Source of the DNA: a virus
Taxonomy: Duplodnaviria; Caudoviricetes
Direction: 5' to 3' (one strand)
Virus record (IMG/VR): IMGVR_UViG_3300032312_001822
Span: 26,596-90,595 of that record
Length of the DNA stretch: 64,000 bases
The notes below the pieces were generated by a model. The model was not told where the DNA came from and made no database searches. It was given only the letters and a program-made list of their open reading frames with translations. Made by a program: the position numbers and the translations under genes. Below, in pieces: positions 1-10,081 of the stretch. Within the stretch, counting starts at the first letter, position 1. Every line of letters starts with the position of its first letter.

Positions 1-2
1 CC

Positions 3-872
3 TTAATAGTAGAAGATTCACCATATGGTTTATTAGCTGCTTCTCGTAGTAAAGCTTCTGTAATGAGAGTTGGCTCTCCAAAAGATGTTACTTATAATAA
101 TATACATAAACACTTAAACCAAACTAAAATGAATTTAACACCAAAATGGAAGGATGATAAATTAAATGTTTTGATTCCAATGGCTGGAGCTGGTTCTAGA
201 TTTGAACAAGCTGGTTATACGTTTCCTAAACCTTTAATTGAAGTAAAAGGAAAACCTATGATCCAGGTAGTAGTTGAAAATCTAAACTTAGATGCTAATT
301 ATATCTATGTTGTACAAAAATCTCATAGAGAAAAATATAACCTAGACACTCTACTTAATCTAATTACACCCGGATGTAAAATTGTAGAAACTGATGGGTT
401 AACTGAGGGAGCGGCTTGTACTGCTTTATTAGCTAAAGAGTATATTGATAATGATAGTCCATTATTTTTTGCTAACTCAGATCAATTTGTAGAATGGGAT
501 TCAAATGAGTTTATGTATAAGATGCAAGAAACTAATACTGATGGAGGTATAGTTACATTTACTGCTACTCATCCTAAATGGTCATTTGCTAAAATAGATG
601 ATAATGGATTAGTGACTGAAGTAGCTGAAAAGAATCCAATTTCAGATATTGCTACAGTAGGTTATTATTATTGGAAGAATGGTTCAGATTTTGTTAAATA
701 CGCTGAACAAATGATTGATAAAAATATTAGAGTAAATAATGAATTTTATGTTTGTCCTGTATTTAATCAAGCAATTAAAGATTGTAAACAAATTAGAACA
801 TTTAATGTTAAGGGAATGTGGGGTCTAGGAACCCCAGAAGATTTAAAAAATTACTTAGAAAATTATAAATAA
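3..872 (+). CDS. HAD phosphatase-nucleotidyltransferase (sugar-phosphate NTP transferase) fusion, 5'-truncated by the window edge
   Basis: The frame is open from base 3 (LIVEDSPYGLLAASRS, a HAD motif-IV-like EDS..G..AA) upstream of the track ATG at 63. It then reads IPMAGAGSRF..PKPLI, ANSDQ and GLGTPEDL, typical of NTP_transferase. Confidence 0.85.
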   Translation, partial: LIVEDSPYGLLAASRSKASVMRVGSPKDVTYNNIHKHLNQTKMNLTPKWKDDKLNVLIPMAGAGSRFEQAGYTFPKPLIEVKGKPMIQVVVENLNLDANYIYVVQKSHREKYNLDTLLNLITPGCKIVETDGLTEGAACTALLAKEYIDNDSPLFFANSDQFVEWDSNEFMYKMQETNTDGGIVTFTATHPKWSFAKIDDNGLVTEVAEKNPISDIATVGYYYWKNGSDFVKYAEQMIDKNIRVNNEFYVCPVFNQAIKDCKQIRTFNVKGMWGLGTPEDLKNYLENYK

Positions 873-874
873 AT

Positions 875-1492
875 ATGGAATATAGTTGGTATTATTCACA
901 ATGGCAAAATGCTAGATTAGAATTTATTATGTCAAAATACTCACCTGATTTTTTTAAAGGAAAATATATATTAGAATTAGGAGCGTGTAATGCATTTTTT
1001 AGTAATTATTTTAAATCTTTAGGCGCAAAAGTATTAGCGATAGAAGGTAGAGAAGAGAATATTCAAAAAATTAAAGAACAATATCCTGAGTTAGAAGTTC
1101 AACAGGCTGATTTAGACTCACCTAACTGGAGTTGGGGGAAATTTGATATTATTATCAATTTTGGATTATATTATCATTTGGAAAAATTTCATAAGGAACA
1201 TTTAAAAAACTGTATTGATAATTGTGATTTAATGTTTTTTGAAAGTGTAATATATGATAGTAATGAATCTGAAATTTATTTTAGAGAAGAGGAAGGATAT
1301 GATCAATCTTTAACGTTATTGGGGGGTACACCCTCAACATCATATGTAGAAAATATTTTTAAAAATTCTAATAAAGATTATAAGATCTTTAAAAATAAAG
1401 AATTAAATGGTGAATTTCATCACTATGATTGGGAAGATAAAAATACAAAAATACTAGATCCTTTTTCTAGAAGATTTTGGATAGTCCAATAA
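875..1492 (+). CDS. Class I SAM-dependent methyltransferase
   Basis: Motif I ILELGACNA, acidic IEGREE, FDIIINFGLYYHL. Confidence 0.8.
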   Translation: MEYSWYYSQWQNARLEFIMSKYSPDFFKGKYILELGACNAFFSNYFKSLGAKVLAIEGREENIQKIKEQYPELEVQQADLDSPNWSWGKFDIIINFGLYYHLEKFHKEHLKNCIDNCDLMFFESVIYDSNESEIYFREEEGYDQSLTLLGGTPSTSYVENIFKNSNKDYKIFKNKELNGEFHHYDWEDKNTKILDPFSRRFWIVQ

Positions 1493-1504
1493 TTTATATT
1501 TAAC

Positions 1505-2200
1505 ATGTTATCAGAAACTACAATATTACTTCAAGGAAAAATAGATCCTCTAGTTTATAGTTTTTACTTAAAACATTACAAGAACACTCCAATTGTAGTT
1601 TCAACTTGGGAAGATACTACATTAGATGATACACTTATAAATGAATATACTTTACTTATAAAGAATAAATATCCTTCAACTAATGGTAAGCAGAATGTTT
1701 GTTTGCAACTACTATCTACCTTAAATGGATTAAATCATATCAAAACTAAGTATCTTATAAAAATTAGAGGTGATGAAATGTATTCAAATTTAGAATATAT
1801 AAAATCTCTACTAGTACAGAATGATAAATTAATCTATACTACTCCTATATTTTTTAGAAAATGGAATGAATCCCCCTACCATATAAGTGATCATTTAATA
1901 GCTGGGTTGACATCTAATATATTTAATATGTTCAACTCAGCACATTTTAATTATTATTCAAATCTTTATGAGTATAATGACACAGTTGAAGTATTATTAG
2001 GAAAATCATATATAGATTTTTGTGAAAATACAATATTAGATTTTAATGACAGTAATATACAATACATGAAAAAATACTACTCTATATTAAATTTAGAGGA
2101 ATTAAAACCTTATAAAGTTGTAGCTAACGCTTTTAATAAGGTATGGTACAATAATTTCAATGATGATTGGAGTATTTTTAATATATCCCAAATAGTTTAA
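1505..2200 (+). CDS. WavE-like LPS/glycan biosynthesis protein
   Basis: ILLQG..., IVVSTW, NVCLQLLSTLNGL, YLIKIRGD, SDHL pattern recalled for the WavE family. Confidence 0.55.
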   Translation: MLSETTILLQGKIDPLVYSFYLKHYKNTPIVVSTWEDTTLDDTLINEYTLLIKNKYPSTNGKQNVCLQLLSTLNGLNHIKTKYLIKIRGDEMYSNLEYIKSLLVQNDKLIYTTPIFFRKWNESPYHISDHLIAGLTSNIFNMFNSAHFNYYSNLYEYNDTVEVLLGKSYIDFCENTILDFNDSNIQYMKKYYSILNLEELKPYKVVANAFNKVWYNNFNDDWSIFNISQIV

Positions 2201-2204
2201 AAAT

Positions 2205-3065
2205 ATGAATACAGTTATATTTACCACCCACACCACATTAGATTTAAAACATGCTGATTATAGTTTAAAATCTTTATTAGCGTTACAAAATACTGATATT
2301 ATATGGGATAATTTTGTTATATATAATACTCATGAACATGAGTTATCTAATGATGATTTAATTGAACTTATCTTTAAATATGATAAGAAAAACTATATTC
2401 AGGAGATATCAATTTTCCCTTACAACCCAGAACATAATAAGAAAAACTTACTTCAAGATATTCGTAATTGGTATGATATAGGTTTATCTTTAAATCTTCA
2501 ACATACACCTGGTAAAGTTCTTTGGTTAAAATCTGATTATTGTGTTTCAAACAATTTTAATCAAGTATTTTTAGAACATAAGAATAATAATTTTATGTGG
2601 TCATTACCTACTTTAGGGGCTAAACAAAAAATATCTTATGATAATGTCTTAACTAAACTTAACTTACCAGAATTTACTCCTTCAGATTTTGAAACATATT
2701 ATAGAGGAGGAGACAATCCAAATAACACTTTACCAAACCAAGAGATCTCACCTAATGGAGAAATGGATTATCATCCATCTATAAGCTATGTATCTCATAA
2801 TTATGTTCATGATTTTAATTTACATGTTATATCAAATGATACTTTAGAGATGGGTAGAGAAATAGCATTCCATCCTCAAGTATTTGATATGAATTCAACT
2901 TGGGGTGGGCCACATAATTTATTTTATGGTTTAAAACAAAATGGAGTATATTTTAGTGGTGAATACAGAGCTTATGGTATTCATATGTTTCATGAAATAA
3001 TTTCTGAAAATAGATTAGAGGACCGAGGAGATGATCGTAAATTATATATAGGAGAAAAATACTAA
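2205..3065 (+). CDS. Hypothetical protein, possibly glycosyltransferase-like
   Basis: 286-aa ORF inside the GT cluster; VLWLKSDY and IHMFH are weakly GT-A-like. Confidence 0.4.
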   Translation: MNTVIFTTHTTLDLKHADYSLKSLLALQNTDIIWDNFVIYNTHEHELSNDDLIELIFKYDKKNYIQEISIFPYNPEHNKKNLLQDIRNWYDIGLSLNLQHTPGKVLWLKSDYCVSNNFNQVFLEHKNNNFMWSLPTLGAKQKISYDNVLTKLNLPEFTPSDFETYYRGGDNPNNTLPNQEISPNGEMDYHPSISYVSHNYVHDFNLHVISNDTLEMGREIAFHPQVFDMNSTWGGPHNLFYGLKQNGVYFSGEYRAYGIHMFHEIISENRLEDRGDDRKLYIGEKY

Positions 3066-3068
3066 ATT

Positions 3069-3506
3069 ATGATATTAATTTCACACAGAGGAAACATAAA
3101 CGGAAAAATTCCAGGAAAAGAAAATAATCCTGAATATATTGATAAAGCTATTTCTTTAGGATATGAAGTTGAGGTTGATGTTTGGGGGGCTGATGATATT
3201 TTTTTATTAGGACATGATGAACCTCAATATGGTGTAAGTCAACTTTGGCTAAGTCAAAGATCACAATCTCTTTGGATACATTGTAAAACTATAGAGACTA
3301 TGGAATGGTTTAACACTATTGGTGGGTTTAATTATTTTTGGCATGAAGAAGATACAGTAACATTAACATCTAAAGGATTTATTTGGGCTTATCCAGGTAA
3401 ACAACCTATAAAACGATCAATAGCAGTAATGCCTGAAATTTATAATGATGATGTGACACAATGTATAGGAATTTGTAGTGATTATATAGAAAATTATAAA
3501 AAATGA
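3069..3506 (+). CDS. Small GDPD/PI-PLC-like phosphodiesterase
   Basis: ISHRGN...EN...EVEVDVW...LGHD...WIHCK catalytic pattern. Confidence 0.65.
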   Translation: MILISHRGNINGKIPGKENNPEYIDKAISLGYEVEVDVWGADDIFLLGHDEPQYGVSQLWLSQRSQSLWIHCKTIETMEWFNTIGGFNYFWHEEDTVTLTSKGFIWAYPGKQPIKRSIAVMPEIYNDDVTQCIGICSDYIENYKK

Positions 3507-4216
3507 AAATAGCAATTTGTATAAGTGGCCAGCCTAGAAATTTTAAACAAAGTTATGAAAGTTTAAAAACTTATTTTTTAGATAAATACGATTGTGATGT
3601 TTATTTTCATACTTGGGAAACTGATAATTTTGAGTCTACTAATTTTGGGTTTGGTAACCATCAATATAATCTTAATAAAAACAATTATAAAGAATTAATT
3701 GATTTATACCAGCCTAAAAAATATATTTTAGAACAACCTATAACATTTGATGCTAGTGATTATAAATGCCCTATATGGAGACAACCATTAAATAATACAT
3801 TAAGCATGTTCTATTCAATATATAAATCATTCCAGCTAATTAAAGGTGAATATGATTTAATTGTTAGAACTAGATTTGATATAGATTATTCAAAATTTAA
3901 TTTGGAGTTCCCAAAAGAAGGTATTATATTACCTGAATGGAACACTGATATAAGAGTTAAACATAGAGGTTACTATGATGTGTTTGCTTTAGGCAAACAA
4001 GAAGATATGATAGTTTACTCACAAGTGTTTTCAAATGTTATATCATATGTGACTAATGATGAAGAGATACTCAACCATCTCTCAGGTGGCTGGCCGGGTC
4101 AAGATTCACCATTAAGAAATGAATATTTACTTAAATGGCATCTAATAAAAAATAATATTAAAGTAATAGAATTACCTACATTAGAAAATAAAGCTGATGT
4201 AGGGTTAATAAGATAA
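3503..4216 (+). CDS. Putative glycosyltransferase (KIAICISGQPR family)
   Basis: MKIAICISGQPR, DVYFHTW, SMFYSI, IVRTRFD. Confidence 0.55.
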   Translation: MKIAICISGQPRNFKQSYESLKTYFLDKYDCDVYFHTWETDNFESTNFGFGNHQYNLNKNNYKELIDLYQPKKYILEQPITFDASDYKCPIWRQPLNNTLSMFYSIYKSFQLIKGEYDLIVRTRFDIDYSKFNLEFPKEGIILPEWNTDIRVKHRGYYDVFALGKQEDMIVYSQVFSNVISYVTNDEEILNHLSGGWPGQDSPLRNEYLLKWHLIKNNIKVIELPTLENKADVGLIR

Positions 4217-4217
4217 T

Positions 4218-5132
4218 ATGAAAGGAATTATAACTATATTTGCTTTACCACAAGAATTAGAGGATTTAGCTTTAACATTATACAACCTAAAAAGAAACTC
4301 AATATACTTAGATCCTGACACTCAATATAAAATAGACATAACAATGTGTCTATCAGATGATTTGACAGATTGGGGTAAAACTAAATTGCCTAAAGAATAT
4401 ATTCAAGAAAGGACTACTGAATTAGTTACTAAATTTTTAGATTGGTGTGAATGGAATTTAATGTGGGGACATGAAGAAAATATTTTAGGATGTGTTTCTC
4501 AAAGAAGATATAGTCTTGAAAATAATCCAAATGCTGATTTCTTTATTTGGCTAGATTGTGATTTTATATTTAAAGATACTACTTTAAGTTATATGACCCA
4601 AGCATATAAGACTATTAAAGAATCAAATACTAATTTATTTATACTTACACCTCAATTTGTAAAACAATGGGATAACACCTGGGATGTACTTGTTAATAAA
4701 TCATTTCTAAATCATCCTATAGATTATGAATTAATAGCTGATGTTTATAAGGATACTTTACCTGATATAGGTGAAGTAGAAGTAAAAACTATTCCTAACT
4801 TTAAATTTGCAGGTGGTTGGTTTACTCTAATTTCTAAAGACTTATTAAGTAGAACAGGAATACCTGAATCTTTAGGTCACTATGGTTTAGAAGATACTTA
4901 TGTAACTGAATGCTGTAATATATTAAGACGTAATAATGAAAATATATATCAATTTATATTAGAAAATCATATAATAGGTGAAAGTTATACTCACAGGCCT
5001 AATGAAACTGTAAAAAAATATATATCAAGTATAAGTAAAAAAGATGAGTTTACTAAAATAGCTCACACAAATTTTCCAATTGAAATAAATAAATTTTATG
5101 AAAGAAGTAACAGTAGTACTAACAGCTTGTAA
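4218..5132 (+). CDS. GT-A fold glycosyltransferase
   Basis: FFIWLDCD DxD motif, GGWFTLIS, YGLEDT. Confidence 0.6.
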   Translation: MKGIITIFALPQELEDLALTLYNLKRNSIYLDPDTQYKIDITMCLSDDLTDWGKTKLPKEYIQERTTELVTKFLDWCEWNLMWGHEENILGCVSQRRYSLENNPNADFFIWLDCDFIFKDTTLSYMTQAYKTIKESNTNLFILTPQFVKQWDNTWDVLVNKSFLNHPIDYELIADVYKDTLPDIGEVEVKTIPNFKFAGGWFTLISKDLLSRTGIPESLGHYGLEDTYVTECCNILRRNNENIYQFILENHIIGESYTHRPNETVKKYISSISKKDEFTKIAHTNFPIEINKFYERSNSSTNSL

Positions 5133-5787
5133 CAGAGCAGATTTATTAGAACAAACTTTAGATAGTTTTTTCAAAATGAATACTTATCCCCTTAAACGTT
5201 TTATTATTATTGATGATGGAATGAATTTTGGGTGTAATGATTTTATTAAAGACAAATATGATTTTCCTATAGAAGTTATTTATAACGATCCTAAATTATT
5301 TCAAATCAAATCTATAGATTATGCTTATTCTTTAGTAGACACTGAATATATCTTTCATATGGAAGAAGATTGGTTATTTTTAAAGAAAGGATTTATTGAA
5401 GATTCAATGAAAGTATTAGAAGAGGATCCAAACATATTACAAGTATGGTTAAGAGGAATTGATGACACTACTGCTCCTCATCCATGGGAAAATGATGTAT
5501 ATGAGATAGATGGATTACAATGTGTCCTTCTTAAATACACAGGTATTTGGAATGGATTTAGTCTCAACCCAGGATTAAAAAGATTATCAGATTGGAAAAA
5601 ATTACCTAATGGGTATGAGGGATGTGATAGAATAACACCTGCAGAACAGAGTGGAGGAGTTACTCTTGAATGTGATATTTCAGTTGAGTATGCTAAACAA
5701 GGAATGATTGCTATGAGATTTTTAGAAACATATATTACTCATATTGGTTGGGATAGACATATAATAGATGGAGTTAATGGAAAATAA
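5098..5787 (+). CDS. Glycosyltransferase family 2
   Basis: VTVVLTACNR..LL..TLDSF, IIIDDG, YIFHMEEDW. Confidence 0.75.
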   Translation: MKEVTVVLTACNRADLLEQTLDSFFKMNTYPLKRFIIIDDGMNFGCNDFIKDKYDFPIEVIYNDPKLFQIKSIDYAYSLVDTEYIFHMEEDWLFLKKGFIEDSMKVLEEDPNILQVWLRGIDDTTAPHPWENDVYEIDGLQCVLLKYTGIWNGFSLNPGLKRLSDWKKLPNGYEGCDRITPAEQSGGVTLECDISVEYAKQGMIAMRFLETYITHIGWDRHIIDGVNGK

Positions 5788-6982
5788 TATACCTAAATTT
5801 ACATTTTGTATTACCTCTAAAAATAATTTGAGGTATTTAAAACACGCTGTTTACTATATTAAACAAAACTCAGCTGTTGAACATGATATTTTAGTATTCA
5901 TAGATGCAGACAATGATGGAACTGAAAAATGGTGTACTGAAAATAATATCAAGTATATTAAAAATTCATCTACAGAGTTATTTGGAATAGGTAATGCTTA
6001 TAATTTATTAGTTGAGAAATCTGAAACTGATTTTGTAGTAATATATCATGCTGATATGATTATGGGTAAGGGGTTTGATACCGCTCTATACAAAAATTGG
6101 AAGCCTAAAACAGTAATATCAGCCACTAGAATTGAACCCCCACTACATCCATCAGACCCTGCTAAAATTGTTTTAGATTTGGGATTATGGCCTGAAACTG
6201 ATATTAAAGATGGATTTAAGGTAAATGAATTTAATACATTTGTAGAACAAAATAAAAAAGATTTAATTACAAATGGTATTTTTGCTCCTTGGTTAATACA
6301 TAAAGATGATTTTAATAATGTAGGAGGACACGATCCTATTATGAAGTCACACAGTGAAGATAGAGACTTATTTAATAGATTTTTATTAAACGGGTACAAA
6401 TTAATTCAGAGTTGGGAGGCATTAGTTTATCATTTAACTTGTAGAGGAGGTCAATTTGAACATGCAAGTGAAACTAAAGATTTAACTCATAAATCAGATG
6501 AGTGGAATAATTTAGCTTATAACCAAACTAGAGAATTTATTAGAAAATGGGGAACACAACCTAAATATGATGAATTTCAACATCCTATTATAGCTCCTAA
6601 ATATAATATAGCATTTGTAGTTAAAAGTTGTAATTCACAAGCATTAGAAACATTTGAACCATGGTGTGATAGAATTTATATTGATGATGAAATGGGAGTA
6701 TTATTTGCTTCATATTATGAAAATGGTCATAAAAACACCTCATATGATTTAAAAAAGAGGATATTAAATACTAAATATAATGACCCCCAAGGAGAGAATG
6801 ATATAATAGTGGAGTTTGATATGAAACAATTTACACAACAGTCTTATAATATTATACAACAACTACCAGAAATTATAAAAGAAAGTGGTGAAGTAGGTTC
6901 ATTTGAATTAGATATATTTAAAATAATAATTAATAATTTAGCTGAGTATCAAAATGATTTAATATATCTTAAAAATAACTAA
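5768..6982 (+). CDS. Glycosyltransferase family 2 with C-terminal extension
   Basis: ILVFIDADNDGT, YHADM, VGGHD..SEDRD, VYHLTCRG. Confidence 0.8.
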   Translation: MELMENNIPKFTFCITSKNNLRYLKHAVYYIKQNSAVEHDILVFIDADNDGTEKWCTENNIKYIKNSSTELFGIGNAYNLLVEKSETDFVVIYHADMIMGKGFDTALYKNWKPKTVISATRIEPPLHPSDPAKIVLDLGLWPETDIKDGFKVNEFNTFVEQNKKDLITNGIFAPWLIHKDDFNNVGGHDPIMKSHSEDRDLFNRFLLNGYKLIQSWEALVYHLTCRGGQFEHASETKDLTHKSDEWNNLAYNQTREFIRKWGTQPKYDEFQHPIIAPKYNIAFVVKSCNSQALETFEPWCDRIYIDDEMGVLFASYYENGHKNTSYDLKKRILNTKYNDPQGENDIIVEFDMKQFTQQSYNIIQQLPEIIKESGEVGSFELDIFKIIINNLAEYQNDLIYLKNN

Positions 6983-7003
6983 TATTTATACTAAAATAAA
7001 ACT

Positions 7004-7426
7004 ATGGCTTATAAATTAAAAGAATTCTTCTTAGGTGAAGATTTACTTAAAGAAGAAGGAGAATTAAATTACAACGCTACCTTTAATGGTGAAAAATTTA
7101 AAGTGGTAGTTGATGTAAATAAAAATCCAAGTAAAAAAGGTATTAAAGTTAAATTCTTCCCTGTTAATCAAGAGGGTATGGTAATTTCTAACTTAACACC
7201 TGAAGAAATTGATACATTACAAAACAGTTTAGCAACTACTATATCTAAAAAATTCATTAATTATGGTTTAGAATTTGATAGAGATACAGACGCTCCAGAT
7301 AAACAAGCAGCTAATTTTCAAATACCATTAGACTCAGTATTTACATTTATTAGAGATAAAGTATTAGGTAGCACACCTGAAAACGATCCAGAAGAAGAAG
7401 TTCCGGCAGATGAAGAAAACTCCTAA
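7004..7426 (+). CDS. Hypothetical late protein with N-terminal LLKE motif
   Basis: ORF track; preceded by ATATTTATA (6982-6990); begins MAYKLKEFFLGEDLLKEE. Confidence 0.75.
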   Translation: MAYKLKEFFLGEDLLKEEGELNYNATFNGEKFKVVVDVNKNPSKKGIKVKFFPVNQEGMVISNLTPEEIDTLQNSLATTISKKFINYGLEFDRDTDAPDKQAANFQIPLDSVFTFIRDKVLGSTPENDPEEEVPADEENS

Positions 7427-7718
7427 TATAGTATTTATAGATTATAGCTTAAGGGGTATCATGGATACCCTTTTTGCCCCTAAAATACAAAAGTTATTAT
7501 TTGAAAATGTTTTTACAAGTATAAAAAGTGCTTTAAAGACTAAAAAGAAAGAGGTTATTATATGTGATATCACTCAAGTAGAAACTAGTATATTAATACC
7601 TAAAACTCATTGGGTTCATGCTTTAAAATCAGTTTTAGAATATTATGTTAGAGTTGAAGACTACTCAATGTGTACTCAAGTTAATAAACTGATTAAAGAT
7701 ATAGAAGATGGACGATGA
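7410..7718 (+). CDS. Hypothetical protein with C-terminal UVR-like motif
   Basis: ALKSVLEYYVRVEDYSMCTQVNKLI; paralogous to 10445-10759. Confidence 0.6.
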   Translation: MKKTPNIVFIDYSLRGIMDTLFAPKIQKLLFENVFTSIKSALKTKKKEVIICDITQVETSILIPKTHWVHALKSVLEYYVRVEDYSMCTQVNKLIKDIEDGR

Positions 7719-8136
7719 ATTAAAACATAACTTAGAAGCCGGATTCAATAAATTATTTAACTCCCCAGTTATAATAAGAAAGAAAAAACGTGATCAGGCT
7801 CTAAAGAAAAAGGCGTTATTCATATCTTTAATAACCCAATACGAAATTTCTCTTAACAAATCAGTTAAATTGCAAGAAGAATTTGCTATTGATTTATTTG
7901 ACTATGAAGGGTCATATTATGAAGTTATAGACAAGTTAATGTTGTTAATGTGGGGTGGTGATGTTTATGAAATAATAACTTACTATTTATATGAAAGACT
8001 TAATTTAGATGGTAGTTTAAATAGTATAATTGAAACTAATGAAGAAGGAGTAGAAACTGAAGTGTTCTTAAAAACTTCTGAGGAGTTATATAATTACTTA
8101 CTAAAAATTAATCCTATTTTCTTAAACGAAAAATAA
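7708..8136 (+). CDS. Hypothetical protein
   Basis: 142-aa ORF, translationally coupled to its neighbours. Confidence 0.7.
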   Translation: MDDELKHNLEAGFNKLFNSPVIIRKKKRDQALKKKALFISLITQYEISLNKSVKLQEEFAIDLFDYEGSYYEVIDKLMLLMWGGDVYEIITYYLYERLNLDGSLNSIIETNEEGVETEVFLKTSEELYNYLLKINPIFLNEK

Positions 8137-8141
8137 GTTAT

Positions 8142-8795
8142 ATGGCTAGAGCAGCTAAAATATTCTCTAAGGATGATTTACTTAGAGCAATGAAGGTGAC
8201 TAAAAGTGTTAGAGCAGCAGCTCGTTACTTAAATTGTTCATATCAGCATCTTAAACCATATATGAAATCTTATAGGTTAGATGATAATGACATTAACTCC
8301 CCTACTCTATTTGAAACTCATAAAAACCAAGTTGGTAAAGGTATTCCTAAATTCTTAACTAACCATGGTAAGGGACCTGACTTACAAAAACTATTATCAG
8401 GTGAATTATACACTGAATCATATAGTATAGATAAATTTAAGCAACGTCTAATAACTGAGGCTATATTACCTGAAGAATGTTCATGTTGTGGGTTTAAAGA
8501 ACAACGAGTATCAGATTATAGAGTACCATTATTATTAAGTTTTAAAGATTATAATAAACGTAATTGGAAAAAAGATAATATAGAATTCTTATGTTACAAC
8601 TGTTATTTCTTAACTATTGGAGACATATTTTCAGCTAAACAAATTCAGGGTATAGAAGATTATAAAGACGTTCCTAAAATACAAGAGGTAAAATGGGAAA
8701 TGGATGATAACACTTATGAACATTTTAAATCATTAGGATTAATAGGTAATGATGAAATTAATGAGGATGATGATTTAGTATCTTATAATAGATAG
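8142..8795 (+). CDS. HTH plus degenerate HNH zinc-finger protein
   Basis: Fis-like HTH (SVRAAARYLNCSY); CSCC...DNIEFLCYNCY with the catalytic His positions replaced. Confidence 0.65.
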   Translation: MARAAKIFSKDDLLRAMKVTKSVRAAARYLNCSYQHLKPYMKSYRLDDNDINSPTLFETHKNQVGKGIPKFLTNHGKGPDLQKLLSGELYTESYSIDKFKQRLITEAILPEECSCCGFKEQRVSDYRVPLLLSFKDYNKRNWKKDNIEFLCYNCYFLTIGDIFSAKQIQGIEDYKDVPKIQEVKWEMDDNTYEHFKSLGLIGNDEINEDDDLVSYNR

Positions 8796-8852
8796 TTTTG
8801 GCTATCTAATATTTCTTTTATATATTTATAGCATATAAATTAAAACATAAAA

Positions 8853-9296
8853 ATGGAAAATACATTCAACTTAAAAAAATTCCTAGCTGAAGGAAAATTA
8901 ACTGAAAATGTAACTGATTTAGTAGTTACTTATTATAAAGATAAAGATAACTATGGTGAAAAAGGTCTAGCTGATGGTTTTCACACAGAAGATGGAAAAA
9001 AAGTAAAATATATTGTTGGATACGATGATATGGATGAAATGGATGATATAGGATACATTTATTCAAAAAGTGGTGCAGATATTGAAACAGATTATACTGA
9101 AGATGATTTAGATGATGCTTTTATGAACTCATTAAATGAAGTTAAAAAAGTAGTAAATGAAGGAACATATAACTTTACACCTGAAGAAATAGAAATATTA
9201 AAAAATGGTTTAGGTTGGATACTTGAATACCAAGAAGGTGTTGCTTCTGATGAGTATATTAACGCTGTTAAAGAATTAGAAGTAAAATTAGGATAA
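8853..9296 (+). CDS. Acidic hypothetical protein with capsid-targeting-like N-terminus
   Basis: MENTFNLKKFLAEGKLTE, internal LNE/VNE; ATATTTATA at 8822-8830. Confidence 0.7.
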   Translation: MENTFNLKKFLAEGKLTENVTDLVVTYYKDKDNYGEKGLADGFHTEDGKKVKYIVGYDDMDEMDDIGYIYSKSGADIETDYTEDDLDDAFMNSLNEVKKVVNEGTYNFTPEEIEILKNGLGWILEYQEGVASDEYINAVKELEVKLG

Positions 9297-9322
9297 AATC
9301 CTCACCCACTATATAAAAAATG

Positions 9323-9352
9323 TTTGGCTCCCGTAGGGAGCCTTCATATATT
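9323..9352 (+). promoter_or_regulatory. Early promoter, Bacteroidetes sigma-A type (representative of the copies outside the main array)
   Basis: (T/C)TTG/TTAG-N19-20-TATATT with a conserved GGCT..TTC(G/A) core. The -33 box starts at 8797, 9323, 10028, 11709, 13664, 23056, 24954, 47055, 60159, 61541 and 63862, each just upstream of an ORF start. Confidence 0.85.
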
Positions 9353-9372
9353 TAAGTATTAAAATAAAAGTT

Positions 9373-9795
9373 ATGTTATACCAAGTATCAAATGAATGGA
9401 AATGTGGGTTTATGGAAGATTTTATAGCCTACTCTAAAGGTGGTTATACAATAGATTCACCCCAAACTAAAATATCTATTGTAAAAGTATTCAAATACAA
9501 AATTGAATCAAGACAAACACCTGGTATAGCTAACATAAAAGGTAAAAAATTTATAACACCAGGTTGGATACCATGTCATCCAAACACTGAGTTGAGTGAT
9601 ATTACTTGGATACAAAAAGTATCAAAACAAGAACAAGTAAAGGAAATTGATACATGGAGATTCAAATCATCAAGTGGTGATGGTGAGTATGTTACTAAAC
9701 GAAATGGTTTTAAATATACTTGTAACTGTCCTGGGTTTTGGAGAGCTAAAGATAGAGAATGTAAGCATATTAAAGAAGTAAAATCATATAAGTAA
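9373..9795 (+). CDS. SWIM zinc-finger protein
   Basis: YTCNCPGF....RECKHI. Confidence 0.75.
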   Translation: MLYQVSNEWKCGFMEDFIAYSKGGYTIDSPQTKISIVKVFKYKIESRQTPGIANIKGKKFITPGWIPCHPNTELSDITWIQKVSKQEQVKEIDTWRFKSSSGDGEYVTKRNGFKYTCNCPGFWRAKDRECKHIKEVKSYK

Positions 9796-9800
9796 TATTT

Positions 9801-10031
9801 ATGAGTATGATAACAACTGAGTACATACATAAATTTATTGACCATACTATTATAAAGTATGTTCCTGAAGGTATAGATCCTATATTACATGTTAATGCTA
9901 GAGTTGAAATTAGATCTGTTATAATGAAATTATTAAAAAACAATCAATTACCTCTAAAGTTATCTTTAATTAAATTAGTTATTATAGATTATAAAGAGAT
10001 ACTTCATGCTAAATATTCTGTATTAAATTAG
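9801..10031 (+). CDS. Hypothetical protein
   Basis: 76-aa ORF. Confidence 0.55.
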   Translation: MSMITTEYIHKFIDHTIIKYVPEGIDPILHVNARVEIRSVIMKLLKNNQLPLKLSLIKLVIIDYKEILHAKYSVLN

Positions 10032-10081
10032 GCTCCCCAAATTTGATTTCGTATATTAAGGTATAATTAAAATTAAATGTT

